Below are positions 54,005-64,000 of a stretch of DNA of 64,000 nucleotides, piece by piece. The stretch comes from Leucoraja erinacea (Eukaryota). The first letter of the stretch is position 1; every line of letters starts with the position of its first letter. Position numbers and translations under genes: made by a program. The stretch spans positions 16,182,001 through 16,246,000 of the forward strand of contig NC_073393.1 in NCBI RefSeq assembly GCF_028641065.1, given 5' to 3'. A model generated the notes under the pieces. The model was not told the origin of the DNA and made no database searches. It saw nothing but the letters and a program-made list of their open reading frames with translations.

Positions 54005-55720
54005 TTAACAGAGAAGCAACCTGTTGAATGTTTTGTCATCCATCTTTACTGGTTTTAATATGTGGGTCAGAAAGTCAAGGTTGCAGGTGCTGTGGGATTG
54101 CTGAGTGCGAGGTAGAAGAGTTTGAACATTCGTAATTATTGAGCTGAAGGCTAAGCTTTCGAGAATAAATAGGGGTCCGACATGCGTTCCAGGGATCAAC
54201 CTTTTTCCAGGAGATGGCGTTGCCACTGACTTATCATAGTTGAATTGCTGTGGAGCAATGTTACGTGGAAGGCTGGAGTTGTTTTGTGCCAAGACCAGCC
54301 TCGAAAAGTAGTTCATGGTGGTGGGCGACAGAGCCATCTGGTGGCATTCATCAATCCGTGCTACTTTGTCATTTAGTAATGAGATGGTCGCACACTTCTT
54401 AAAGCGAGTGGACACATCGGAATGAACTAAGGAGCAAGTAAAAATGTCCACGGTTATTCTAGTAGCAGGCTCCCCTGTGTCCCTTTGAAGGCACTGCCAG
54501 AGACTTCTTCAGTTCCTTCCTGCAGGTTCAATCTCAAGAAGATCGATTTGGCGTCAGCAATGGTGAACATGGTTATTGGTGCTCCTAAGGTTGTCGGGGC
54601 AGATAGCGTCATTCCACTGAACGTATGTTGAAAACTAGCATTGAATACAAAGAGCGACACTGGGAAGGATGCGTTGTTAGCGGCCATACTGTATGGCTTC
54701 CCATTATAGCCTATTATAGCATGCGAGCCTTGCCACAATCAACGGGTGGCTGCGCAGTTATTCTGGGATTCTAGCTTGGTCTCGATTTGTTTCTTCGCAC
54801 CCTTCATGGCTTTATTTGAGTTTGTGTTTTAGGTTAGTTTATGGTCACGTGTACTGAGGTACAGTGAAAAGCTTTTGTTGCTTGCTAACCAGTCAGCGGA
54901 AAGACAATACATGAATACAATCGAGCAGTGTACAGATACATGATAAAGGGAATAACGTGAATAACGTCTAGTGCAAGATTAATTCAGTAAAGTCCGATCA
55001 AAGAATGTCCGAGGATCTCCAATGAGGTAGATAATAGTTCTGGACTGCTCTCTAATTGTTGGTAGGGTGGTTCAGTTGCCTGATAACATAGGAAATAGGT
55101 GCAGAAGGAGGCCATTCAGCCCTTCGAGCCAGCACCGCCATAACAGCTGGGAAGAACTGTCCCTGTAAGTTTTCACACTTCTTATGCCTTTTTCCCCTTG
55201 GGAGAAGGGAAAAGTGGGACTGACCGTGCAGCGACTCGTCCTTGATTATGCTGATAGCCTTGCGGAAGCAGCGTGAGTGTAAATGGTGTCAGAAGGGAGG
55301 TTGCTTTGTGTGATGGTCTAAGCTGCGACCACAATCCTCTGCAATTTCTTCCTTTCTTGGATGGGGCTCTTGGCAAACCATGCTGTGATGGATGCATCCT
55401 GATAACATATATTCTACCGCACATCTGCAGAAGTTGGGGAAAGATGTTGGGGACTTGTTGAACTTCCTCAGCCTTCTAAAGAAGTAGAGGCGTTAGTGTG
55501 CTTTCTTAGCCATTACTTCAATATGGATGGTCCAGGCCAAGTTGTTGGTGATATTTACCCCGAGGAATTTGAAGCTTTCAACCAGCTCTACTTCAGCGCC
55601 GCCAATGCAAACGGATTCGCTTCCTGACGCCAACTACTAGATCCTTTGTCTTGCTGAAATTGCGAGAAAGATTATTGTCTCGACACCAGGTGCACTCTCC
55701 GCCGCTTCATTGTCATTTCC
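54005..55720 (-). mobile_element. Degenerate Rex1/Babar-like LINE fragments
   Basis: Remnants resembling CLNDYRPVALT..MKCFERLVL (seen here as CHQMALSPTTMNYFSRLVLAQNNSSLP). Confidence 0.45.
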
Positions 55721-56727
55721 ACGGGCAATCTGAGTGAAAATAAAATTTCCCCGATTAACTATGGTGGACGGCACTATTTGTCGTTCGTCTCAATTCCCAA
55801 TTCCGTCACCTAGCCATCGATCAGAAACACTTTTGAATAGATGTTGGAAACAGAAACAGCATACACATGATTTGGAATTAAAAAAATACACAGATGGAGC
55901 AATTGATCAGGTAAGGCAGCATACGTGGACGTCGACATTTCTGGTCGAGCTTTTTCTCCAGTTTGAGCTTTGATCCAGATTATAGCATCTACGGTCCCTT
56001 GTGGCTCCACTGTACACGATTTTGTGTCAATTCTGACATTCTCGTTAGTAATGGGCATATTTGTGTGAACACAGTACTCAGAATGCTCATTTTTGAGTTG
56101 CAAACCCACATGCCTATGTGGCTTTGAAGCACTTATCCATTCTTTTATTTTCTCTTTACTATTCGAAGATGTCGTGTTTGCTCCGTTGTACCTACATAAC
56201 GCTGCTGCGATGGCCGTTTCTAATCGCATTGGCTTCGTACAGCAGAATCTCAAAAGATGTCCGGCGAATCAGCGCCTCCGCACTTAAATTATTGCACTTT
56301 TTTGTAAATCGCTACTTAACTTCTCTTTGTATCCCTCCAATCTCGTTGTAATCTTTGATATTTGGAAATTCTTCAAAGTCGGTGTTCTAATGTTTCCCAA
56401 ATACAATTGCGATCGTGTCACCAGCTACTATGCCCAGAATTGTGCAACTGTTTCAAAAACGTATTTGCACTCTTTCCTCGTGTAAAACTCCCATCCATCC
56501 ATTTTGTTTTTCGGACTATTGTCCTGTGACTGACTTATGGTATGGCAGCAGTTGTATTCTTCTTTCCGTTCCTTCGCCAACGAATGAAAAGTGGGAACCT
56601 ACACACGTAAGAATGACGATAAACGTCAATGCGACGCTTTGCGAGGTACAACAAGGCAACCATTGCTCGCATTCATTGACGTGACGAGGCATCAGTTGAA
56701 CGATATGCTCGGAATGTTATAACAGCA

Positions 56728-56998
56728 ATGTTTCTCTTCCAGCTCCTGTCTCTCTCGATGATGTTTTATACAGGTATCCTTATATTTTCTTTGAAACTAT
56801 TTTAAATGCCAGGTTAAAACGCGCGAAATTAATTTTTCCATATGTCGCTGTTTAACGAATCATACCCAAATTTATCTGGAGTGAACCATTCCAAGCTCAA
56901 TATTACCAATCAAATTGTGTACCAGTTTTGCAGCAGGTGCCGAAGAAACTGCGATCCACGTGACTCAAATTCCGGAGATAGTGGTTATATTGATGGGC
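56728..56998 (+). pseudogene. Truncated paralog: leader exon (56728-56773) plus first ~20 codons of a V exon (from 56937)
   Basis: MFLFQLLSLSMMFYT G|gtatcc, then gcag|GAEETAIHVTQIPEIVVILMG, which matches AAEKTAIHVTQIPERKVILKG. Homology stops before the first V-domain Cys. Confidence 0.8.
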
Positions 56999-57719
56999 TC
57001 ACAGATATTCTCGAATTCCATGACGATCTACGCAATTAAAATCGAAAACTATGCAACTAAAACCACTTTATGTTCGCTAACTGGATTCCCGCTAAATGCG
57101 ATTCTTCCCGATAGCTGTCGAAAGCTGAAGTAGACTCTACTCGGTGTTAAATTTGACATCCAGATGAGCAGTGGACAATATCGGTGCCAACAGCAACAAA
57201 ATCTGAATCTTGATCCCAGTACCGTTTCTTCCTCTGCTTTATGGCCCTGATGCATTCGGCTATGACGTTCTTTTACCTTTTAGTTCTACTATTCGGACTT
57301 GTCATTTCCATCTGTTGTACTTGGATATACTTGCGATGATGGCAAAATATTGTATAACCCGATGTGAGATCAATTACAATGGCGTCCAGCAACACAGGGG
57401 TCCCTTAATTAATTTACTGCACGATTTGTAATTATCGGCGCAAATTGTTCCATACTCTCTCTGTAATCTCGCCCTGATCTCTGGCATTTAGAGATTCCAC
57501 AACTCTGATAAGTCTGATAATTCCCTAGTTTAATTGCAATCTAAGAGCTAAATTCAACAATTATTTTTAAAAACCTCCCCGCTTCGCTTTAGCCCTGCAA
57601 AAACACCTCCCAAACATTATCTTGTTAGATACCAGCTACACTCTTACTTATGTTCCTTCAGCGAATGCGAAATGTAGTCCCACCCACGTAAGAAAACGCG
57701 CCAAACTTCATCGCAACAT

Positions 57720-58110
57720 ATAAGATTGAAACATATAAGATTGTTAAGGGTTTGGACACACTGGAGGCAGGAAACATGTTCCCGATGTTGGGGGAGTCCA
57801 GAACCAGGGAGCACAGTTTAAGAATAAGTAGTAAGCCATTTAGAACGGAGACGAGGAAACACTTTTTCACACAGAGAGTTGTGAGTGTGGAATTATCTGC
57901 CTCAGAGAGCGGTGGAGGCAGGTTCTCTGGATGCTTTCAAGGGAGAGCTAGATAGGACTCTTAAAGATAGCGGAGTCAGGGGATATGGGGAGAAGGCAGG
58001 AACGGGGTACTGATTGGGGATGATCAGCCATGATTACATTGAATGGCGGTGCTGGCTCGAAGGGCCGAATGGCCTAATCTTACACCGATTGTCTATTGTC
58101 TTTTGTCTAT
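57720..58110 (+). mobile_element. CR1 3' fragment inserted in the gene C proximal promoter
   Basis: CR1 3' end (GESRTREHSL...FFTQRVV) with a (ctattgt)n tail. The empty site catcgcaacacatttc is present at the gene B paralog. Confidence 0.85.
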
Positions 58111-58195
58111 AACACATTTCAAAGTAACCATTGCTTAGAGTGAATATCGTAGTGAGGCATCAGATGAATGATTTGCTCGGAATGTTAAAACTGCA

Positions 58196-58241
58196 ATGTT
58201 TCTGGTCCTGATTCTGTCTCTCTCCGTGATTATTTTCACAG
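58196..58241 (+). CDS. Gene C (putative activating VJ-C1 receptor): signal-peptide exon
   Basis: MFLVLILSLSVIIFT, donor G|gtacat, 46 nt. Confidence 0.85.
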
Positions 58242-58424
58242 GTACATGAACGATCTCGTATAGACTTATCTAAATGCCAAAATATTCCAAACTATTCCTG
58301 GCTTAACTGATGAAATGTATTTTTCAATTTGTCTGTTAGTTTTGTTTTTCATGCCAATGTACTATCAAAAGAGTTGGTTCTACATTGAATATAATTAACC
58401 AAATCTTAAACGTTTTTCCAACAG

Positions 58425-58745
58425 CTGCTGAAAAAACTGCGATCCACGTTACCCAAATTCCAGAACGAAAGGTTATATTGAAGGGAGCAAACGTCACCTT
58501 TCACTGCATAATCCCACTTGCGGATAACAGTTCGGGAATCGAAGTGCGTTGGCGAAAACAGGGCGAGAATGAATATATACAAAGCGACGCTGATGGCAGA
58601 AAGCGATTCACCGTCAAAAATAGATCAGGCGGATATTTTGATTTACTGAACACGACCTACGAGGATTCGGGAAACTATCGCTGTGTAGTCATGCGTCAGG
58701 GGGAAATTAGCGGAGAAGGAACAGGGTCAGAACTAACAGTATGTG
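58425..58745 (+). CDS. Gene C: V-set (VJ-type) exon
   Basis: ccaacag| and G|gtgagt, 321 nt. Differs from the gene B V exon at 3 amino acids. Confidence 0.92.
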
Positions 58746-59249
58746 GTGAGTGACGAAAGTGGACAGAATACTTGAGAATATTGCACAAGAATTATATCTC
58801 TATATTAGACTTCCGATTTGTGAGAGAGAAGGGCCCCATGAAATTATGTGAAAACCATACAATTTGATGCTCGTTTTATTGAATGTACAATATTATTATG
58901 CCGAAAATATATGTTAAAATAAAGCAAATAAGATGTATTTTAAAACAAGTGACAATAGCTTTTAATCAAGAGATCATCACACCTTCAAATACGATTCAGC
59001 ATCAATCACTATCAATTGCACCTCCAAAAGATTCCACATTTCATGTCATTGAACGCTGGTTGAGTTGAAACAAAATTAACTTTCCGCGGCGGTTCTTGCG
59101 CTCCGCTGTATGAGGTAACAGATATCAATAATTCGTTAACTTCTGTCTTCAAGGGATCGGGTAAAATATGTGGATTTCTAAACAAGCTTCTCCTACTGTC
59201 TGTTTAATTTAATTCTAGTAATATGATATGTTCGCACTCTGTCCCACAG

Positions 59250-59558
59250 CCCTTCCAACTCCACTGAAGATTAACTGGATATCCGAGAGCAATTCATCTG
59301 CAGCTGCAACGCTTGTCTGTAAAACGGCCGAGTTTCACCCGGGTGATCTAACCCTTCTATGGTATAAAAATAGCGTTGCTGTTACAGCTAAGGCTAATAC
59401 CATTAAACAGAAAAATAGTGAAGGGTTGTACACGGCTTCCAGTTCATTATCTATGACGCAGTCGGAGGCCAGCGGGAATATTTACATTTGTCTGGTGATA
59501 CATATCTCCCTCCAAAGACCCGCCATTGCCACGCACGCCCTTCGCAAACCCGGTCAAG
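59250..59558 (+). CDS. Gene C: Ig C1-set exon
   Basis: cccacag| and G|gtatga, 309 nt. Encodes ALPTPLKINW...LVCKTAEFHPGDLTLLWYKN...YICLVIHISLQRPAIATHALRKPGQ. Confidence 0.92.
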
Positions 59559-60092
59559 GTATGACTTGAAACACTGTATAATTTTATAACTTATTATTGA
59601 AGTCTGAGTGTGTTGATATTGACAACGTTTGTTTTAAAAGGATCACAAATGCCATTCATATCATCGTAAACACTGTCTACTCTAACGGGTCCCAGAACGA
59701 CTCGTTATTTCAGGTAAATGTCGAAATGTGAAGGGATGGCATTCATATTCGCTCGAAATATTTTGCATTGTTTGCTCGTTACTAAGCATTCCCCGGAAGC
59801 CTCATACTAAAGCAATTGTTTAGTGCATGTTACTGAATTTGCTAACAGATGTCTAGTTACCGCCCTAAATTGGTGTAACCCCTTCATTTTGGAGACGCTT
59901 TTTAAAAAAGTTCTAGAATTCAGCTAATTGTCAGAAAGTTTCCATTACAAGCCAGGGGGCAATGGCCTTGGACGCTACTTCTTTCTCTCAGTCTGAAGAA
60001 GGGTCACAGCCCGAAATGTCATGCATTCCTTCTATCCAGAGAAACTGTCTATCTTCAGTTTAAACCAGCATCTGCAGTTATTTCCTACACAG

Positions 60093-60353
60093 CTACTGCC
60101 TTTATTCCCTTTATCCCTTCACGTCTGTGAAACGTCCGAGTTTCACCCGAGCAAGTTAACTCTTGTATGGCATAAACATGGCACTGTAGTTACAACTGGG
60201 GCTAATAGCGTTAAACAGAAACATACTGAAGGGCTGTACGCAGTTTCTACTTCATTGTCCATGACACAGTCGGAGCCGAATGGAAAGGTTTACATTTATC
60301 TGGTGTCTCATACCTCCCTCCAAAGAGTCGCAAATTCAACGTCGTTTTCAAAG
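60093..60353 (+). pseudogene. Degenerate duplicate C1 exon in the C1-TM intron of gene C
   Basis: VCETSEFHPSKLTLVWHKHG...GLYAVSTSLSMTQSEPNGKVYIYLVSHTSLQR. The second Cys is replaced by Tyr, the 5' end is replaced by a Penelope-type fragment, and the retained gtatgac donor is now phase 0. Confidence 0.8.
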
Positions 60354-61311
60354 GTATGACTTAAAAACACTTTGACGTTTTGTAACCTACGATTCAATTC
60401 TGAGTTTGTGGATGATAAATCATGAAAATTGAGAAGCAAATAATACTATCCTCGTAAATAGCATTGACACAATTCTCCAGAAAATTCCCGCAAAATTTGT
60501 TATTTTCAAATTGTGGAAACGAATTAGAAGGGGCGGTTTTGACGTTTGCTCCACACACAACCACTTGCAGCTCTTTATTGGATTCCTGTTCCTATCATTG
60601 TGGATTCACCCCGATGTGTAATCCTGTGTATAAAAAATGACGTCCCTTCCAACCTGCTTGGATTTAAAGCAGGGAACTGTTTCATAACTTGTTTCTGGTC
60701 AAGCGCCGTATGGTGGGTTTCAACAATTACTATTGGTTATTTTGATCGGCATGGACGAGCTGGGCCAATGGCCGGTTTCCGTGCTGTTTCACTCAATATA
60801 ATAATTTCATGTGGGGGGCGATGGTGGGGAGCCATTTATTGCCAATCGCTAAACGTTTTTTGAGAGGACAGGGCGTCCTGGGACTTACTACATTGTATTT
60901 ACCATATGATAATGACCGCAGGTTAATATCCTTATGATCTGCAGGCGTGTCGGGAAAAAGTACTTGATACTGTACATAAGGGAAAGAAGATTTGCCTTGG
61001 ACCTCAACCAAATCAGCACTTCCCTAAGACGATGGAGCTTTGTGTGCTGCTGCATTCCAATTAAAAGTGAAGGAATATATCCACCCCATCCCCCTCATCC
61101 TCCATCCTACTTATTTGTCTGAAATTAAACTCGGTGGCAATTTATTCATTCCACTCTTCGGGACAACGTTGTTTCTAATATCCGATTTTAGCATAATGTT
61201 TTTGCATGTAATTATGAGCGAAAGCAAATCATCAAATTCTAAAGAGATTTTTTAAAACAAACAATGGTCGGCTCAAAGTAGAATTCAGTATCTGTCATTC
61301 TAAACTTGCAG

Positions 61312-61407
61312 AAACAGCCATCTGGAGTTCTGTCCGTCCGGCGGTTGTAATCGCATTTTTGTTCATTATGACTGTCATTGTCGGATTCTGCAAACTGAAG
61401 AATAACT
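61312..61407 (+). CDS. Gene C: transmembrane exon with Arg at the outer end of the TM
   Basis: aacttgcag| and T|gtaagtattatg (same donor context as the gene B TM exon), phase 1/1, 96 nt. Encodes ETAIWSSVRPAVVIAFLFIMTVIVGFCKLKNN. Confidence 0.8.
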
Positions 61408-61535
61408 GTAAGTATTATGCTTATAATTTACATTTCGTATTCACTGTCGACTCCACTGACAAGTAATTGAATTGTTTGGTCATTTTGCTGCTCCGTGGTT
61501 CCACGCTATTTAAAATGGTAACCTAGGTCATAAAG

Positions 61536-61966
61536 GTACTCGCTAGAATTTAGAAGATTGAGGGGGGATCTTATAGAAACTTACAAAATTCTTAAGGGGT
61601 TGGGCAGGCTAGATGCAGGAAGATTGTTCCCGATGTTGGGGAAGTCCAGAACAAGGGGTCACAGTTTAAGGATAAAGGGGAAATATTTTAGGACTGAGAT
61701 GAGAAAAAAACATTTTTTACACAGAGAGTGGTGAATCTCTGGAATTCTCTGCCACAGAGGGTAGTTGAGGCCAGTTCATTGGCTATATTTAAGAGGGAGT
61801 TAGATGTGGCCCTTGTGGCTATAGGGGTCAGGGGGTATGGAGAGAAGGCAGATGCAGGATACTGAGTTGGATGATTAGCCATGATCATCATATTGAATGG
61901 CGATGCAGGCTCGAGGGGCCGAATGGCCTACTCCTGCACCTATTTTCTATGTTTCTATGTTTCTAT
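61536..61966 (+). mobile_element. CR1 3' fragment just downstream of the gene C TM exon
   Basis: Near-identical to 51490-51910; (ttctatgt)n tail. Confidence 0.85.
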
Positions 61967-62551
61967 AAATATAATTTAAGGATGTATACGGAAGTCAAAT
62001 AAACACGTTTTGTGGTAATGTACAGTGAGAAATCTCGACTTTCAGGGATATATTATGATTGGACTCTAAATGACCGATCCATACAATTTCGAGAATTGCT
62101 GTGGATTCCCGTGCCCTGTGAAACGACCGCAAACAAAACTGAAGGCAGTTCTTGAATTCACGTTTCCAGCATAATTTGGGGAAGGCAAAAGCTAAAAACA
62201 ATCTCAGATAATGAAAGCCATTTCTATCCACCTAATACCACGCACAATCCCTTTCAACAAATCTTTACATAATCGCACAGGGTTATCGCCATTATCTTGA
62301 AATTCATCCCATGGCGAAGCTTATTCGAGAAGGTATGGTTTAGCAATATGACCCAGAATTTCCCAGTTACTCAATGCTATAATCCGCATTGCCCTGTATT
62401 TCAGTGTCAGACAAAACACGGCGTGTTAATGTATTATTTATGATGCCACAATCGGAATACCTCGGTTTATGATTATGGGGGTAGGAGTACATTCTGATAC
62501 GATACTTCGCTAATTTGATCCATGGTTTAAAAGTTTTTATTTACAACACAG

Positions 62552-62616
62552 GTTTCGACAAAATACAAGAGATTATGAAACGGCAGAGAATGAAGTGGCC
62601 GTTTAAAGTCCATTAG
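62552..62616 (+). CDS. Gene C: candidate short terminal cytoplasmic exon
   Basis: Acceptor tttatttacaacacag|. Phase-1 reading gives CFDKIQEIMKRQRMKWPFKVH* (no Tyr). No independent support. Confidence 0.28.
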
Positions 62617-64000
62617 AGACAGACGGTGTTTACCCGGTTAGGATTCAGTTGGATTCCAACCCACGGCATTTGCCTTTTTCAAATCTGTCCCTCAATAACT
62701 GGAAGTAAACGTAGACATTATACCCTAAAGTTGTAAGGGACCCTTACCTTTTGAAAAGTCAAGATGGAGAAAAACATAGATTTTCCATACATTAATATTA
62801 CCACGGAGCAGACGCTTTAGGGGAGAAGTATTTTGGTAACACAGATCCATGGGACTGAGAAAGATCAGTGCTTGTCTTCAATGTGAATTCCGCAGCTTCG
62901 TTGTTAATAGTCAGGATGGATTATATAAACCGGAAGAACAGTGCGGTGCTGCATGGTGGGATGGTTCACTCCCATGACTTAAATACCAGCGGATTATCAA
63001 TCTAGCTCGACGATCTATTGATTTTGTTTTAAGCGTTGTTTACACATTTGCATCGAAGAGTTTGCAAAATGCCAGAGAGATAGGAAATGCCAGAAAATTC
63101 ATCACTTTCATTCTGTCAATTAGCGATGCCAGCAAAATTCACGGAGCATCTATGTAGCCGTCTACATTTTGCCGAAATTCATTGCTTTGCCCGAATAAAA
63201 TGTAATTTCACATTATGTTTTATGTTCATTATAAAAAATATTAAACGATCAGAAATGGTAATAGAGTGAAGATTTTAACCATTGTGATTAATTAAATATC
63301 GTCCATTTCAAGGTAAATACAAAAGGATCGGTGGCCATGGAAAGTTGGTAAGTGTATATATTAATTTCGGGAAGAGGCCTAAGCGGAAATATACATTGTT
63401 GTGTATTGAACGATCTGTCGCATCTGTCGAGTAGTGTATTGAAAAATATTAAAATCAGTATATGTGGCGTGAAGAGAAAATAAAATTGGGAAGATCATTC
63501 GACAAAAAACGCAGATGACAATTGGGTACCTTCGTCGAACCGTTAAGTTTAGAATCTGTGAATAGCTTTAAGATGCTGACAAGGTCAACACCAGAAGGCT
63601 TAACTACTGCGAATATTCTCGGTAGACCCCATAATATTTCTATAGGGTTAATTGTATGAATTACAAGCTAAACCTAACGTGCAATTCCAGAAATTCCTTT
63701 ATTCATTTCTTATATAATACTAGTTCCGTTGTCCATACACTATTCATTAAGTTATATCAGGTAGGGCTAACCCACCAGCTCATCATTAACAATGCATGTA
63801 ACACAATGCAGAACCGTAAAGTGCTGATATCGATGCCATTTTAAATCCTTCTGCAAATGCAATTTGCTATTTGTACTGCACGTCACTCCCTCGCCTTTTC
63901 TCCGAATAACAACTAAACTGATGAAGCGACGCAGCCTAGAAAATCTGAATAGTGCTCTTCCCAGAGGTGCTGACTGGTCTGATGAATTTTCTATTTTTAT

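Larger units (their letters stand above)
56995..59985 (+). repeat. Inverted segmental duplication, right arm (gene C)
   Basis: Counterpart of 38500-41185; contains an extra CR1 insertion at about 57720-58110. Confidence 0.88.

Noticed and set aside
55810-56253. 147-aa minus-strand ORF
   Set aside because: No recognisable domain or exon structure, and it partly overlaps a degenerate repeat.

Overview
Repeat-rich vertebrate genomic DNA, most likely from a cartilaginous fish such as a skate or ray (inferred from HE1/V-SINE-like, CR1 and Penelope-type repeats). There is one 461-N gap. The ORF track shows only scattered Ig-domain fragments, but reading splice sites on both strands reconstructs a cluster of non-rearranging immunoglobulin-superfamily receptors with leader / germline-joined VJ / C1 / TM / tail structure. 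Gene B (minus, 40351 to 33373) has an uncharged TM and a SIRPalpha-like tail with four tyrosine motifs (LTYSAV, TSYAQV, LTYASV, TEYAAL), so it is predicted inhibitory. Gene C (plus, from 58196) lies head-to-head with B and has a nearly identical leader-V-C1 block, but a different TM exon with an Arg and no recognisable ITIM tail, so it is predicted activating. Gene A (plus, 5' end outside the window) is a divergent member with an uncharged TM and a predicted tyrosine-free tail. Together they look like a paired activating/inhibitory VJ-C1 receptor system whose ectodomains may be homogenised by gene conversion. Two degenerate gene relics flank gene C. The rest is CR1, Penelope-like (with minimal hammerhead ribozyme cores), HERO-like and Rex1/Babar-like retroelements, SINEs, and a non-autonomous Helitron carrying a 48-bp minisatellite. 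All exon calls are by eye and need transcript support.
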